A stretch of DNA of 64,000 nt from Oscillospiraceae bacterium. GTDB lineage: Bacteria; Bacillota; Clostridia; Oscillospirales; Oscillospiraceae. This document shows, piece after piece, positions 8,271-22,100 of this stretch. The first letter of the stretch is position 1. Each line of letters starts with the position of its first letter. The stretch lies in assembly GCA_017622995.1 (NCBI GenBank), contig JAGAQA010000024.1, positions 6,272-70,271 on the forward strand, written 5' to 3'. Position numbers and translations under genes: made by a program. Under the pieces are notes generated by a model. It ran no database searches, was not told where the DNA came from, and worked only from the letters and a program-made list of their open reading frames with translations.

Positions 8271-10067
8271 ATGAAGAAAAAAATTCGCCTGGACGGGAAA
8301 GCAATCCTTTGGAGCCTTCCCTGGACGGCGGTTACCCTGGTTTCAGCCCTGAATCTGCGGGCGCTGAACTGGGGCGCCGACGGCGGCGGGCTCCTGGCGC
8401 ACCTGCGCTATGGACTGGTATACAATCTTTCCAGCAATGTGTTTGATTTTCTGGCGCTGTGCCTGACCTGCTTTTTGCTGGCGCTTCTGGAGACGGAAAC
8501 CCTGAGAAAGGAAAAACGGCGCTTCTTTCTGCCGGGGGTGCTGCTGGCGGTGCTGTTTGCGGAGAATACCCTGATTTTTCAGTCTCCGACGAAGGTGCTG
8601 GAAAATCTCATTGCCCTGCCCGGCTGCGGAATTCCCGAAAACCTTTTGCACTGGGTAGCCCAGCTGGGCAGCTGGTATGCCCTGAGCCTTTGCTTTTTCC
8701 GCTGGATGTCCCGCCCGATGGAAAAGGGGGAAGGGAAGGAAGCAACTGCCGGACAGTGCCTTCTTTGGGCGGCGGTGATTCTGGTTTTGTGGCTGCCGGT
8801 ATGGATGCTCCGGTTCCCCGGCTCTATCTATTCCGATACGGATGTGCAGATCCTTCAGTTTATGGGGGCGCTTCCCTGGGAGGCTTCCAATCCGTTGCTT
8901 CTGACCCTTGTGTATGGCCCCCTGTTCTGCCTGGGAAGACTCCTGGGCGGGGACAATGCAGGCATCTTTCTGTGTGTGGCGGTACAGGTTGCCCTCACAC
9001 TGTTTGCCTTTTCCTTTGCCTGCCGGGAGGTGGCCCGGGAGCGGGACAGCCGGAAAGCCGGTTGGCTGCTGTGCCTGTTCTTTGGCCTGATGCCCAATTT
9101 CCCGTCCTTTGCGGTGTCGGTACTGAAGGACTTTATCCATGCGCCGCTGTATCTGCTGTTCGCGCTTTTCCTGCGCAGATGTGCCCGGGGCGGGGAGCGG
9201 AAGGACCTGTACCGTCTGCTGATCCTGGCGGTGCTCTGCGCTGCCACCCGGAAGGGCGCCGTGTATCTGGTGGGCATCTGCCTGCTGGCTCTCGCCTGGC
9301 TGAGACTGGACGGCCGAAAGGTTCTGGTTCTGGCGGTCTGCGGCATTCTTGCGGGGCACTTCTGCCTGAATGAGTTCCTTTACCCGGCTCTGGGGGTGGA
9401 AAAACCCATGGAGCGGGAAAACTACAGCTTCTTTTACCCCATTACGGGATACTACTGCCAGAAATATGACGCGGAGCTCACGCCGGAAGAAAAGGAGATC
9501 ATTGGTTCCGTGCTGGACTATGAGACGGTGCGCACAGGCTTTTCTCCCGATGGGGTGGACCGGATCAAGGAAACCTACCACGCGGAAAACGCTGATCAGG
9601 TGCGCCGGTATCTGAAGCTCCACGGGTCCTTCTTCCTGCGCCATCCGGTGACCTGCCTGGAGGCGCTGGTGTATTCCAGAAACTATTATTTTACCCCCTG
9701 GACCACCCAGGGGGAGCGGATCACGGTGTCCATGTATCCCTTCCAGAAGCTGACAACCAAGGCAGAGAGCAATTTCCGCTACCTGCTGCCGGAGGATACC
9801 CGTCAGCATGCGGAAAACTTCCTTTGGGAAGTGATGAAGGCCCCCGTTCTGCGGGAGCTGACCGGCACCGGAAGCTATACCTGGCTGAGCCTGCTGCTTT
9901 TCGGCGCGGCGCTGTGGCAACAGGACAAAACGAAACAGATCTATCTTCTCAGTGTGGCGGTTCTGACGCTGGGCTTGCTGCTGACCCACCTCAACGGCGC
10001 CCTGCGCTATGCCAGCCCTCTGATTTACACCGCCCCGGTGCTGCTGATGCTCTACCGAACAGAATAA
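8271..10067 (+). CDS. Multi-pass membrane protein, DUF6020/GT-C glycosyltransferase-like
   Basis: Many TM helices; FPGSIYSDT..QILQ, KDF, TRKGA and LRYASPLI motifs; TTTACA-17-TATAAT promoter at 8209-8237. Confidence 0.65.
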   Translation: MKKKIRLDGKAILWSLPWTAVTLVSALNLRALNWGADGGGLLAHLRYGLVYNLSSNVFDFLALCLTCFLLALLETETLRKEKRRFFLPGVLLAVLFAENTLIFQSPTKVLENLIALPGCGIPENLLHWVAQLGSWYALSLCFFRWMSRPMEKGEGKEATAGQCLLWAAVILVLWLPVWMLRFPGSIYSDTDVQILQFMGALPWEASNPLLLTLVYGPLFCLGRLLGGDNAGIFLCVAVQVALTLFAFSFACREVARERDSRKAGWLLCLFFGLMPNFPSFAVSVLKDFIHAPLYLLFALFLRRCARGGERKDLYRLLILAVLCAATRKGAVYLVGICLLALAWLRLDGRKVLVLAVCGILAGHFCLNEFLYPALGVEKPMERENYSFFYPITGYYCQKYDAELTPEEKEIIGSVLDYETVRTGFSPDGVDRIKETYHAENADQVRRYLKLHGSFFLRHPVTCLEALVYSRNYYFTPWTTQGERITVSMYPFQKLTTKAESNFRYLLPEDTRQHAENFLWEVMKAPVLRELTGTGSYTWLSLLLFGAALWQQDKTKQIYLLSVAVLTLGLLLTHLNGALRYASPLIYTAPVLLMLYRTE

Positions 10068-10110
10068 CAAATACCGCCCCTTTCGGGGCGGTCCAATAAA
10101 ACAGTTTAAC
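10061..10110. repeat. attL of the integrative element
   Basis: aataacaaataccgcc-CCCTTT-cggggcggtccaataaaacagtttaa; core CCCTTT (10078-10083) is repeated at 26254-26259, and the inner arm is inverted relative to attR. Confidence 0.85.
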
Positions 10111-10140
10111 AATTGTTTTCGGGAAACGGCATGATTTCGG

Positions 10141-12086
<1,946 letters not shown>

Positions 12087-12122
12087 AAAAATTATCCTTT
12101 CATTTTTAGTGATGGGGAAGGA

Positions 12123-13598
12123 TCAGATTTCCTTCTCTTGTTTTTGTGTGGGAGCATTGATTTGTATGGGCTCAATATTCTTTCGGGCGGTATCGATATG
12201 GGACTTGATTTTCCAAAGAGTCTGGGACTCTGCTCGGATTGCTTTGAACTCACTGTAGGTTGCATCGTGCTGCTGTTCCAGTGCTGCATAACGGCTCTGG
12301 ATTGCTTTGCTGTTGTATTTACCGTCGGGGAAATACTTGGTCAGCAGCCGATTGGCAGCATAGAACTGATTCAGTTCTGCCTTGTGCTCGGCTTTATATT
12401 TCTCCTTGGCTTTTGTGAATTTGATGCTGCGTACTTTGTCCGCAACAGGCTTCAACCGCTTGTAAGTATCCCAGGCATCCGGAAGTTTCTGAAGATCTTT
12501 CATCTCTGTGGTTTGGATATCCAGCTGCGTTTTCTTTTCATCCACGATGCTGCGTCTCTCGGAAATAAAAGCTTCCAAAGATTCCACATCGGTGATGCCA
12601 TTCTCCTGCAGGAAAGTGATGATCTCGCTGAGTTCCTTCAGGTTGTTGGCTCTGGCTTTTTGGCTGTAAGCGCTGGCATTGCGCTGATTGAAGTAAATCT
12701 GTAGCAGCGAAATCAGATCAGGAGTCTGGGGCTTGCTCAGTTCTTCCTTTGTTTCTTTCAGCCAGTCCAGCAGAACGGCAATCTTCTTCCGGATACTCTG
12801 GATCAGCCCATTGGTAGCCTTGATCCAACGGTTGAACTCACCTTTGTCGGTGCGTATACCCTTGGCTTCCATTTGACGGACAGAAGGACCTTCATGGATG
12901 GTAGGAAGAATATCCACACCCTGTCGTTCATAGCTGCGGTGGTCAATGCGTTCTGGTAATCCCTTTTCCTCAAACTTGGCATTGCACAGAGCTGCCCATT
13001 GCTCCCGCCAGTATTCAAGCGTTTCCGGACTGCCCCAGTCGGTTGTGGGAACTGCGTTGAAAATGTAATTACCCTCAGCATCCAGAAGACGTATTCCGTT
13101 TTCATCCAATTCATAAACACGTCGCTGCTTCATGCCCCATTTTCCGTTTCCCTCGATGGGGCGAATTGGAGCCATCACATGAAAATGGGGATTGGAGATT
13201 CCGCCAGGTTCTGTGTCCGGAACATGAATAGCGAAGTCTACCACCATGCCCCGACTGACAAAATGCTCCAATAAAAACTGCCTTGCAAGGGCGATGTTCT
13301 CGTCCAGGGAGAACTCATTTTGCAAGGCAATGTCAAAGCTGTATGCCAGCTGGGCTCGTTTACCCCGCTCGACTTTTTCTACGGCATTCCAGAGAGTCTG
13401 TCGGTCAGCATACTCCCTGGGAGCGTGAGCAGGCAGCAGGATTTCGGAAAAGATCACACCATGCTTCTTTGTGTAATCGGATGTCTCGCCGTAGTATTCG
13501 CTGTATAGTTTTTCTCCGGCCCGGTAAGCGGCGGCAGCGATGGCAGACTGTCCTTTGCTCCGCTTAATCTGTGTGACATTCAGATGAAACAGTGCCAA
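12123..13598 (-). CDS. MobA/MobL (MOBQ) relaxase
   Basis: ALFHLNVTQIKRSKGQSAIAAAAYRAG, DFAIH..NPHFHVM and IDHRSYERQG motifs; TTG start after AGGAGG. Confidence 0.92.
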   Translation of the reverse strand: MALFHLNVTQIKRSKGQSAIAAAAYRAGEKLYSEYYGETSDYTKKHGVIFSEILLPAHAPREYADRQTLWNAVEKVERGKRAQLAYSFDIALQNEFSLDENIALARQFLLEHFVSRGMVVDFAIHVPDTEPGGISNPHFHVMAPIRPIEGNGKWGMKQRRVYELDENGIRLLDAEGNYIFNAVPTTDWGSPETLEYWREQWAALCNAKFEEKGLPERIDHRSYERQGVDILPTIHEGPSVRQMEAKGIRTDKGEFNRWIKATNGLIQSIRKKIAVLLDWLKETKEELSKPQTPDLISLLQIYFNQRNASAYSQKARANNLKELSEIITFLQENGITDVESLEAFISERRSIVDEKKTQLDIQTTEMKDLQKLPDAWDTYKRLKPVADKVRSIKFTKAKEKYKAEHKAELNQFYAANRLLTKYFPDGKYNSKAIQSRYAALEQQHDATYSEFKAIRAESQTLWKIKSHIDTARKNIEPIQINAPTQKQEKEI

Positions 13599-13908
13599 TA
13601 GGCGGTTCCTCCTTTTCGTGATTTTGAATTGCGGACTGGATCGCCTGCTGGACACTGGGCAGGCAGAGAATGGTTTCCATCAGCTCATTGACTTCCGGAA
13701 GTGTCAACTTCTTGATATCCGGTGCGATACTCTCAATCGTTCCGGCAATGGTGCAAAGACGGTGGGTGCGTTTCTTCCGATCAGCTTTTTCGTAATAAGA
13801 TTTGCGGTTTTCCAGCCGCTGCTGATTATGCTGAAGCTGTTGCAACTTCTGTTCCACGCTGGCCTGTTCTTCTTGGAGCTTTATTAGCTCCGGGTTAGAT
13901 TGATACAT
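13564..13908 (-). CDS. DUF3847-like relaxase accessory coiled-coil protein
   Basis: RLENRKSYYEKADRKKRTHRLCTIAGTIES, typical of the small gene preceding MobA/MobL. Confidence 0.75.
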   Translation of the reverse strand: MYQSNPELIKLQEEQASVEQKLQQLQHNQQRLENRKSYYEKADRKKRTHRLCTIAGTIESIAPDIKKLTLPEVNELMETILCLPSVQQAIQSAIQNHEKEEPPIGTVSSECHTD

Positions 13909-14105
13909 AAAATAAACCTCCTTTGATTGTCGTTTTGATGAAAGAAATAGGGAACAAATATGGTTCGTCAGAACCGTGTTTGTTCCCTATTTGGGCAAGG
14001 ATAGATGCGAAGCATCGCAAGGGGTGCAGCCCTTTGTACGGAACGCAAGTGACGCATCCCAGTTCAACATTCGGATGTTGTAATCGGGGCAGCTCCGCAG
14101 GACGC

Positions 14106-14143
14106 ACTACATGGTCACTGACCATGTATAGAAGTGCGCCCTT
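14106..14143 (+). promoter_or_regulatory. MOBQ-type origin of transfer (oriT/nic)
   Basis: Inverted repeat tacatggtca-c-tgaccatgta followed by GAAGTGCGCCCT, matching the RSF1010-type nic consensus AAGTG^CGCCCT. Confidence 0.8.
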
Positions 14144-14492
14144 AGTTCCTAAGGGTTTTCTCCCATGCTTCTCCATTTTTCGCTTTCTCTCGCTTCTTCC
14201 CATCGTATTTACCCCACAGGCCGTTTTCTTTTGCCCATCTCCGGGCATTGCTTCTTCGTTCCTCACTGTACGGAGCTGTCAACCGGATGCTGATTCTATC
14301 TTTGGCAATGTCAAACCGCAGACCGCCCTGTTCATCATCCTCGGTAAGCTGACAAAGCTGCGGATATTTTTCTGCGTATTCCAACAGCCGCCGCTTCAGC
14401 TTCGTATCGTGGGTGTAAATCTCAGCCATGGGGTCTTTTGCGTTGTAATAAAGCTCCGTGACCTTCTGCTTTTTCGTAAGACCTGTTTTCAT
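14142..14492 (-). CDS. Conserved hypothetical protein of clostridial mobile elements
   Basis: YNAKDPMAEIYTHDTKLKRRL...GGLRFDIAKDRISIRL; AGGAGG RBS. Confidence 0.7.
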   Translation of the reverse strand: MKTGLTKKQKVTELYYNAKDPMAEIYTHDTKLKRRLLEYAEKYPQLCQLTEDDEQGGLRFDIAKDRISIRLTAPYSEERRSNARRWAKENGLWGKYDGKKREKAKNGEAWEKTLRN

Positions 14493-14643
14493 GGAATTTC
14501 CTCCTTTTTTCGTAGATTTTTCCCGGCTCTTGAATTGGGAAAGAGGGGTGATTTTCTGACAGAAATGCTTCGGATGATGCCCAGGTCATTCAATACTGTG
14601 CTATTCGTTGATTCCTGCATTTTCTCAATTCAAGACCGTATTT

Positions 14644-14844
14644 TTACTTGGGTCTGTTGGTGTGGCTGTTCAGCCATTCCAGCAGATCCTTTTTCATCAC
14701 CATTTTCCGTCCCCCGACCCGCAAAGTCGGGAAGTCAGAATGGTTCAAAAGTGCGTAAGCGCCGGACTTGGAAATCTGCAAAGCAGACGCAAGCTGTTCT
14801 GCGGTTATTACATCCGGCAAGCTAGAAAACATCTCATTTGCCAT
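14644..14844 (-). CDS. Excisionase-like helix-turn-helix DNA-binding protein
   Basis: LPDVITAEQLASALQISKSGAYALL...FPTLRVGGRKMVMK (HTH_17-type); GGAGG RBS. Confidence 0.8.
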   Translation of the reverse strand: MANEMFSSLPDVITAEQLASALQISKSGAYALLNHSDFPTLRVGGRKMVMKKDLLEWLNSHTNRPK

Positions 14845-14913
14845 AGTTTTTTCCTCCTTTCTGCATGAAAAAACAGCAGCCACAAAATGTGACTGCTGTC
14901 TAACAATGCGTGT

Positions 14914-15858
14914 TTAGTTGCTCGGTTTGTCCAGATATTTTTGGTATTCCCCGGTGACAAAATCCTCGTAGATGCTGGCAATCTTTGCAATGCGTTTATG
15001 GACAGCACTGGCGGTTTTATAGCCGACCTTGTCCGCAATTTCCTGCTCCGTATGTCCCAGCATCCGAAGTCGCAGGATCTCCTGATCTTTATCCGTCAGC
15101 GTTGACTTTTTGAATGCTTCAATCTGATTTTCGTCCATGATGTCTTTCTCAAATTCCGCCCGGGGATCTGCGATAGCTAACACAGAACCGTCTTCGTTTT
15201 CCATCATCTTATCAAGAGAGATGGATCTTCCGGAACGATTGTGATGCCACTTGCGCATGAAGTCGTTCTTTGGAACACTGAACTTATCATCGTAATCTTC
15301 CGGAGAACGCATTTCCCATGCTGCATCGATTACCGGCTGCCATTGCTGTTCAATAACGATCATGTCTGTCAGATTGCCCACCAGATTTCCAAACTGCTGA
15401 TAGGTCAGCCAGGGAACTTCTGTGCCCATGGGTATATTGTAAAGATTCTGAAATCCTAAGCCATGGGTTTCCAACTTCATTCTCATGTAGGGAATGATCG
15501 CATAAGAAAGCTGCCAGATGGGAGAGTAGCCTGCATAGTTTGGTCGACTTCCCGGAATATCTCTGTAATTTCCGTTGCGTCCCTTCACCTGGAAGAACTG
15601 CCATGCTGCCCAGGAACAGCTGTCCCAAATCAGCAGCTTCATCATGTCGTCTTTCACAATGCGGTCATACTTGTCCGTCCGCAAAACTTCGTAGGGACAG
15701 CGGGGAATTTCCAGAGCGGCGGGGAATTTTTCCACCAGTTCCTTTGGCAGCGCATAAAAGAGTGTCAGCCAGGATTTATCGTCATCCTGCGGGATTTCGA
15801 TGATCTCTCCGGGTAGCACTACGATAAATCCTTTCGGCCCATTACGGGATTCTGTCAC
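14914..15858 (-). CDS. Sigma-70 region-4-containing regulator with an unknown N-terminal domain
   Basis: C-terminal LTDKDQEILRLRMLGHTEQEIADKVGYKTASAVHKRI; GTG start after GGAGGTG. Confidence 0.7.
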   Translation of the reverse strand: MTESRNGPKGFIVVLPGEIIEIPQDDDKSWLTLFYALPKELVEKFPAALEIPRCPYEVLRTDKYDRIVKDDMMKLLIWDSCSWAAWQFFQVKGRNGNYRDIPGSRPNYAGYSPIWQLSYAIIPYMRMKLETHGLGFQNLYNIPMGTEVPWLTYQQFGNLVGNLTDMIVIEQQWQPVIDAAWEMRSPEDYDDKFSVPKNDFMRKWHHNRSGRSISLDKMMENEDGSVLAIADPRAEFEKDIMDENQIEAFKKSTLTDKDQEILRLRMLGHTEQEIADKVGYKTASAVHKRIAKIASIYEDFVTGEYQKYLDKPSN

Positions 15859-16062
15859 GTTATTTCACCTCCTGATTTTAATAGTAGAGTTACCCCCCTA
15901 CTATATATGGCATGAGAAAGGCCAAATTGTTCCAATGTTTCTAAAAATTTTTCATAATTTTTTTGAAGCCAATATCTGCAATCATTATAGCGAAACTTGG
16001 AAATCATATCCAGTCGAAAAGTGTGGATAAAAATTGAACTTTCTGTATCTGTCCATCAAAAG

Positions 16063-16100
16063 AAATAAGGCGGTGACCGGGATGGTCACCGCCCCTATTT
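16063..16100 (-). terminator. Terminator after the giant surface-protein gene
   Basis: aaataaggcggtgacc-ggat-ggtcaccgcccctattt. Confidence 0.7.
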
Positions 16101-16129
16101 GTTCCCAGGACTAAAACAGCTTCTTCAAA

Positions 16130-19100
16130 TTAATGTATTCTTTTCTTGTTATCAGTCAAAAGAATTGCCACACCAAGAACACTTCCACACAGGATACTGC
16201 TCCACAGCACAAGCTGGAAGTCGTCTCCGGTCTTGGGGTTGGTGGGGTCTGCTTTCGCAGTGCTGATTTTCTTGAAGGTTGCGGTTACGGTCACATCAGC
16301 ATCAGGCATGGTGAAATAGTATTTGCCGTTATTGTCTGTGCTGACCACATAGGATTTGCCAGCAGCATCCTTCACGGTCAGGGTAGACAACTTGTAACCG
16401 GACTTGGGAGTTACTGTAATGGCAACTTCTGTTCCTTCGGCAGCTTTGCTGACATTGGTGGTCACAGAGCCGTTGGTGGTATCCGCAATCTTTACGTTGT
16501 GCTTCTGCTTCACGGTCAGCTTACCTGCAACATAGGCGATGCTGTAGTTGTCACCAGCCTGAGCATTGCTGGGAGTAATGGCATAGTCGCCAGGCTTGCT
16601 CATATCAACAGTACAAGTCATGGTGGGGGCTGTGGTCAGTTTGTCAGTCCCCTTCAGACCGGTGACAGTGTAAGTAAAGGCAGGCTTAGCATCACCCTCT
16701 ACAGCGGTCTTATCTTCCGCAGTAATGGTCACAGCAGCCTTGGCAATGGTGAAGTTCAGCGTGGTCTCACCGGCGAGGGTCTCGTGGGTTTCCGGAATGG
16801 TGATCTTCACGCTGTAGGTACCGGCATTGGTGGGCGCGGTGGTGCTGGGGCCATAGGTGGTGTTACCGGTGCCGGTGTAGATCACATCAAATGTTCCGGT
16901 ATAACCCTGCACTGCGGGAGTTCCGGTGTAACCAGCCTGCGCGTTGCCGGAATAGGTCAGACCGCTGGCTGCGGTGACACCGGTAATAGTTACTGTTGCC
17001 TTGTTGGTACGCTTGACGGTGATGGTGGCATTGGAAACGGTGAAGTTGTCCGTGGTGAAGGAAATGGTGATGGTACCGAAGCTGCCTTCCTCACTGTTGT
17101 TCATGCTCCGGACCGGCACAGACAGAACGTCGTCGGTGATGGTCGGTGCTGCGCTGTTGTAGCCCTGAAGGTCATAGGCCGCAACTGTATAGGACACATC
17201 ACCATAGCTCTTTCCGGTTTCCAGAGCGGGCAGCAGTTCAGCCAGATCCACGTTGTAGGTCTTTGCCAGACGGTTGGTGATGGTCAGTTCACCATTTTCT
17301 GCGGTGGCGCTGGCTTTGGTGATGTTCACGGTGACACCGGTGGGCTGTGCAGTCAGCGTGTAGTTGGCAGCGTCAGCACCATCCAGCGCAACGCCGGTGA
17401 TGGTGACGGCCTTGCCGTTGCCCACATTGGCATCTGCAGTGTTAGCAACTGCTTTGCTCAGGTCAACAGAAACAGTATCGCCGGAAATCACGCCATTCAC
17501 AACGCCGCCGGTCAGGGCTACCACGGTAGTGCCGTTGTATGCACGATTGGTGGCAGTGATGCTGGAAACAGTGACTTCCTTGGGAGCAACAGCAACGATC
17601 AGATTTACTTCCACGGTGCTGTAGTTGGACGTATCACCGGGTGTGAAGATAGCGGGGAAGGTGTTATTGCCATTCACATCACCAACGGGGGTATTGCTGG
17701 CCTTCCATGCCCAACCAGTGGGCAGGGGGATGCCTGCCAGAGTCTGACCATAAGTTGCAGTCAGGCCGGTGGGGGTAGAGTAGCTGGGCTCAGCCTTACC
17801 GATGCTCCAGGTCTTGGTTGCCGTGCCGGTGAAGTTACCGTTGCCGGTAACGGTCAGGGTATAGGTTCCAACATTGGTGCCGGTATTGCCGGAGATGGTG
17901 TAGTCATCGACTACCACATCGCCAACCTTGATTTCTGTCACTGTCTGGTTCTTCTCTTCGCCGGTATAGGTCAGAGCGGCACCCAGGGTGATGGTGGCAC
18001 CGGTGATGTCCCGCTTGGAAATGGTAATGGGATTGCTGGTCACACTGGAAGCTTCGGTATTTGCAGTCTCCGCAATGGAAGCCACCACATAGTAGGTGCC
18101 AGCATCCTTGGGTGCGGCAGTCAGCTTGTTGGCTTCGTCCACAGAATCCTTGTACCAGGTGAAGGTCACATCGGCGTAGGCTGCGCCGGAGATGGTCAAC
18201 TCACCTTCGGTGGGATTTGCCAGAGGCTGAGCGTCATAGGTCTTGCCGGGGGCATATCCATTATAGGTGATGGAGGTGTTGGCCTTATTGATAATCAGGT
18301 CACCATCCGCATAGGAAATTGCGTAGTTGGTGGTCACGTCCTTGTCGCCGTTCTTGATCACGGCATTGCTGGGCGTGATTTTACCATTGGTGGTGGCATT
18401 GGTGGTGCTGGGAGTCAGGGTCGCGGTGATGCTGTGACCATCGATCAAACCGGTATTCGTAATCTTGGTGCTGTCCAGAACTTCGCCATAGGTAATCTGC
18501 TGATTATCTGCCTTGATGGTTAACTCCTTTTGGTTGACGGTATACTCTGCGGAAATGATCTTATCGGTATCCACGGTCAGGCTTGCCTTGTAGATGCCTG
18601 CATCAGTGGGAGCAGTGGGAGTTGCGGCGTTCCAGGTATCGCCGTCCTTCTTCTGATACTGAATCAGGTCGGACAGATTCGTGAGATCACCAACGGGTTC
18701 TGCGGTCAGAGCTGCGGTCTTTGCCGTGCCGTCATAAGTGGCATTGGATGCGGAGATGGTCACGGTGCCGCCAGCAGTGTTGGGGCAGCTGCTGTCCCCA
18801 TTGGCGCAGGTTGCGGTGATGGTATCCTTTGCCTCGTTGACGGAGTAAGTCCAGCTGTGCACATGAGAAATCACAGTAACTTCCTTGGTCTTGCTGAGGG
18901 CATTGCTGGTTGCCTTAACGGTCAGCTTGGTGCCATTGGGAACGTTTACGGGAACGGTCAGTTTGCCGTCTGCGCCGATGGTTACACCATCATGGCCGGT
19001 AACGCTCCAGGTAACCGCGGATGGTACGGCTGCGCCGTAGATATCCTCACCGGTGATGGTGTAGGTGCCGGTCTGGGGTTCGGTCTTGCCGGACAGGGAG

Positions 19101-22100
19101 ATGCTGTCGGGGCCGGTGATCTCACCCAGCGCGGTCAGGACACCGACGTTCGCCTTGGTCAGGGTGATTTCGATTTCACCGGTCTTATCGCCGTAGGTGG
19201 CAGTGGCCTTGATGGTGCCTGCAGCCGCTTCGGGAGTAAGGGTAATAACGTTGCCCTCGATGCTGACACCGGTGTAATTCTCTGCCAGATTCCAGGTGGC
19301 ATCCTCGGTCACATCCACATCTTCGCCGTAGGAATAATCTGCCATAGCAGTCAGAGTGACAATCGTGGAATTATCCTTAGTGGGAACGGCCACGGAGCCG
19401 GTGGAATCGGCGGTGACGGTAATGCTGTTCAGCACATTCTCAATGATGTAGGTGACGCTGATTTCTGCCGTGCCTAGTGTGATAGTTGCGGTGTAGGTAC
19501 CAGGATTCACAGGTTTGCCTTCAATCAGACCGTCACCGGAGTAAACCACGGTATGTTCGGGAGTCAGATTATCCGTGACCTTGGCTTCGATGGCACTGCC
19601 GGTGTAAGACACACTGTCGGGAACAGCAATGCTGATGCTGCCGCCATTGGTATCGGGGCAGCTGCGGTCCTCATTGGAGCAAATTGCGGTAATGGTGTCG
19701 CCGTCAGCGGAGTATTCCCAATCATGGCTGTGTTCTGGAATATTAAATTGCAGTTCCTTAGTTCCGGTATAGTTACCTTCGCCAGTGATTGTCATGGTTG
19801 CAGTGCCAGGCGTGGTATTGTTAGCATATTCAAGGGTATAGTCGATATCCTTTACAAGGGTCATACCGTTATACTGAATGGTAACATCGGGTGTAGCCAC
19901 ACCGCCGATCAGAGGATAGCTATCCTCTAAATCGTAAGTCAAATCTCCGATATCCTTGGCTGCAATGGTGAGCGTAACGGCCTCTCTGCCATTTCGCAAC
20001 ATGATCGTCTTCTCGGTGTAATAGTCGCTCTCCGCAACACTGATCGAGATGGCATAGCTACCCACGTCGGTAGGAGGCGTATCACTGTTGTTATACAGAA
20101 CCTTAACTGCGCCAACATATGCAGCTATCGTGTCCACAGGAGTAACCGTTACGGACTTCGATGTTCCGTCATAAATAACGGTGGTGGCAGAATCGTAAGC
20201 AAAATCTGCATAAGAAAGAGAACCTTTGATAATCTCAAACTCACAGCTTGCAGTTGCCGTTCCAAGCGTAATGCTTGCAACATAAACACCGGGAGCAAAA
20301 GGTGTTGCTACTTCGTCCGTGGATTTCAGCGTGTAAACAATTTCGGGAAGTACGACATCTTCAATCGTACCGGAAATTGTCGCGGCTTTAACTGCATTGT
20401 TGAAAACCAATCCCCCTCTTCCACTGGACGGCGCTTTAATTGTAATGCTCTGTTCCGGATCGCCACACGCACCGTCTGTATTTGCGCAGGTTGCGGTAAT
20501 GGTGGCACCTTCTGCAGAGTATTCCCATTCATGTTTATGATCGAAAACTACTCTGAGATTCTCTTGTAAATAATCCACCGTCGCATCTACATTGTTGTTA
20601 TCATCATCTACAAATTTATATCCTTCTGCTAACAAACCGGAGAGAGGATAACCACTTAGAGAAGTACTGCGAATACCATTAATAAAGTAACCGCCGGACA
20701 AGGTGATTTTTGAAGTGTGATAAGATGCTTGTCTGTATATTGCATACAGGCCACCATCAAGTGTACCGCCACTGATGATTATCTCGGAATTTGCATCCTC
20801 GACCTGAATTGCATTTAAGGTAGATTTGAGCGTTCCTCCGGTCATCACAAAGGTGCCTTCAACGTAGTTGCATTGATAGTTTCCTTCCACAAAACCGCTA
20901 TTCAGAGTGAGCTTTGCACCTTCCGTAATGCTATGCTGATAAGTAATCAGAAGTTTACCCGCCTGTTCTGATGTACTATCCTTGATGGTTAAATCTGCAT
21001 CAGAGACATAGTATAGACTTTTGATCGTCGCAGATTTGCCGTTTAGGTCGAGTGTGATTGCCTTTGCAGGGAAAAATATAGTAGCATCGCTTGTTGAATC
21101 GGCAGTTAACTTCATTTCAACCGCATCACTTCCGGACAGATTCGTGACATATTCGACTGCCGATATAATGTCCTTATAATGAGTTGTGCTTCCGTTTACG
21201 GTTACCGATACAACAGCTACATACGCATCGCATACGGAGCAGATGCCTGTTGCAGCATCAAAGGTACACGCATCTGTAAGCGTCAAGTTGCACTCCGTGC
21301 AAGTGTATGTATGCTGACAATTTGCAGTTGTATACTCGGTGTGCGTGCTGCCTGCATGGTCGCAAACTGTCACGGCACAAGTTGCGGTATACTCTCCGTC
21401 CTTAGTGGTGACGGTGATGGTAGCTGTGCCTTTGCTTACGCCGGTAACAACACCGTTTACAACCGTTGCTATCGAATTATTATCAGATGTCCAAGTAACA
21501 GTTTTGTCATTAGCGTGTTCGGGAGTTACGGTTGCAGTCAAAGTGACAGTTTTACCAACACCCACAGTTGCGGTTGTTGGATCAATTATTATGCCCGTGG
21601 CATCAACGCCAAGAGCATTGCTACCATTATAGAATACGGGATGCGTATCAGTGCCGATTGTCTGTCCCCAAACAAGCTCAAGATTTTCTGCTTGTAAGAG
21701 TCTTGCAACAGTTCCGTCGGAAAATGCGGTTGAGTTCTTGCTGGTTGCATTTGAATCCGTGCCCTTACCGCTTAGGAAATAGCAGTTTTTGATAGTTCCT
21801 GAGGATTTGTAGGCAATCGCCTTGCTGTAGGTCGAGTTGCCGGTTGATATCGTTCCGCTGTTAAAGCAATTCGAGACCGTTGCGTTGCTCTTCAAACAAC
21901 CGGAGATGCCGCTTACATACCAACTCGTAGAAGAGCCGCCCGAAACTGCTCCGGTGTTGTAACAGTTGTTGATGGCTGCTCCGTAGGATAGTCCTTCGAT
22001 ACCGCCAACATAAACCTGGGCACTTGAACCTGTATTTGTGCTTTTTACAGTTCCGGTATTATAGCATTTTGAAATCAGGCTTTCGCCATAACCGGAAATA

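Noticed and set aside
16063-16100. accgcccc-containing hairpin as a second att site or element boundary
   Set aside because: Lacks the CCCTTT core and the TTGG/CCAA arms; sits as a terminator after the adhesin; the true partner site is at 26231-26273
16133-18523. 796-aa plus-strand ORF (and 18530-19477) opposite the giant gene
   Set aside because: Antisense shadow of a repetitive Thr/Ala/Val-rich gene; no RBS and no recognisable domain
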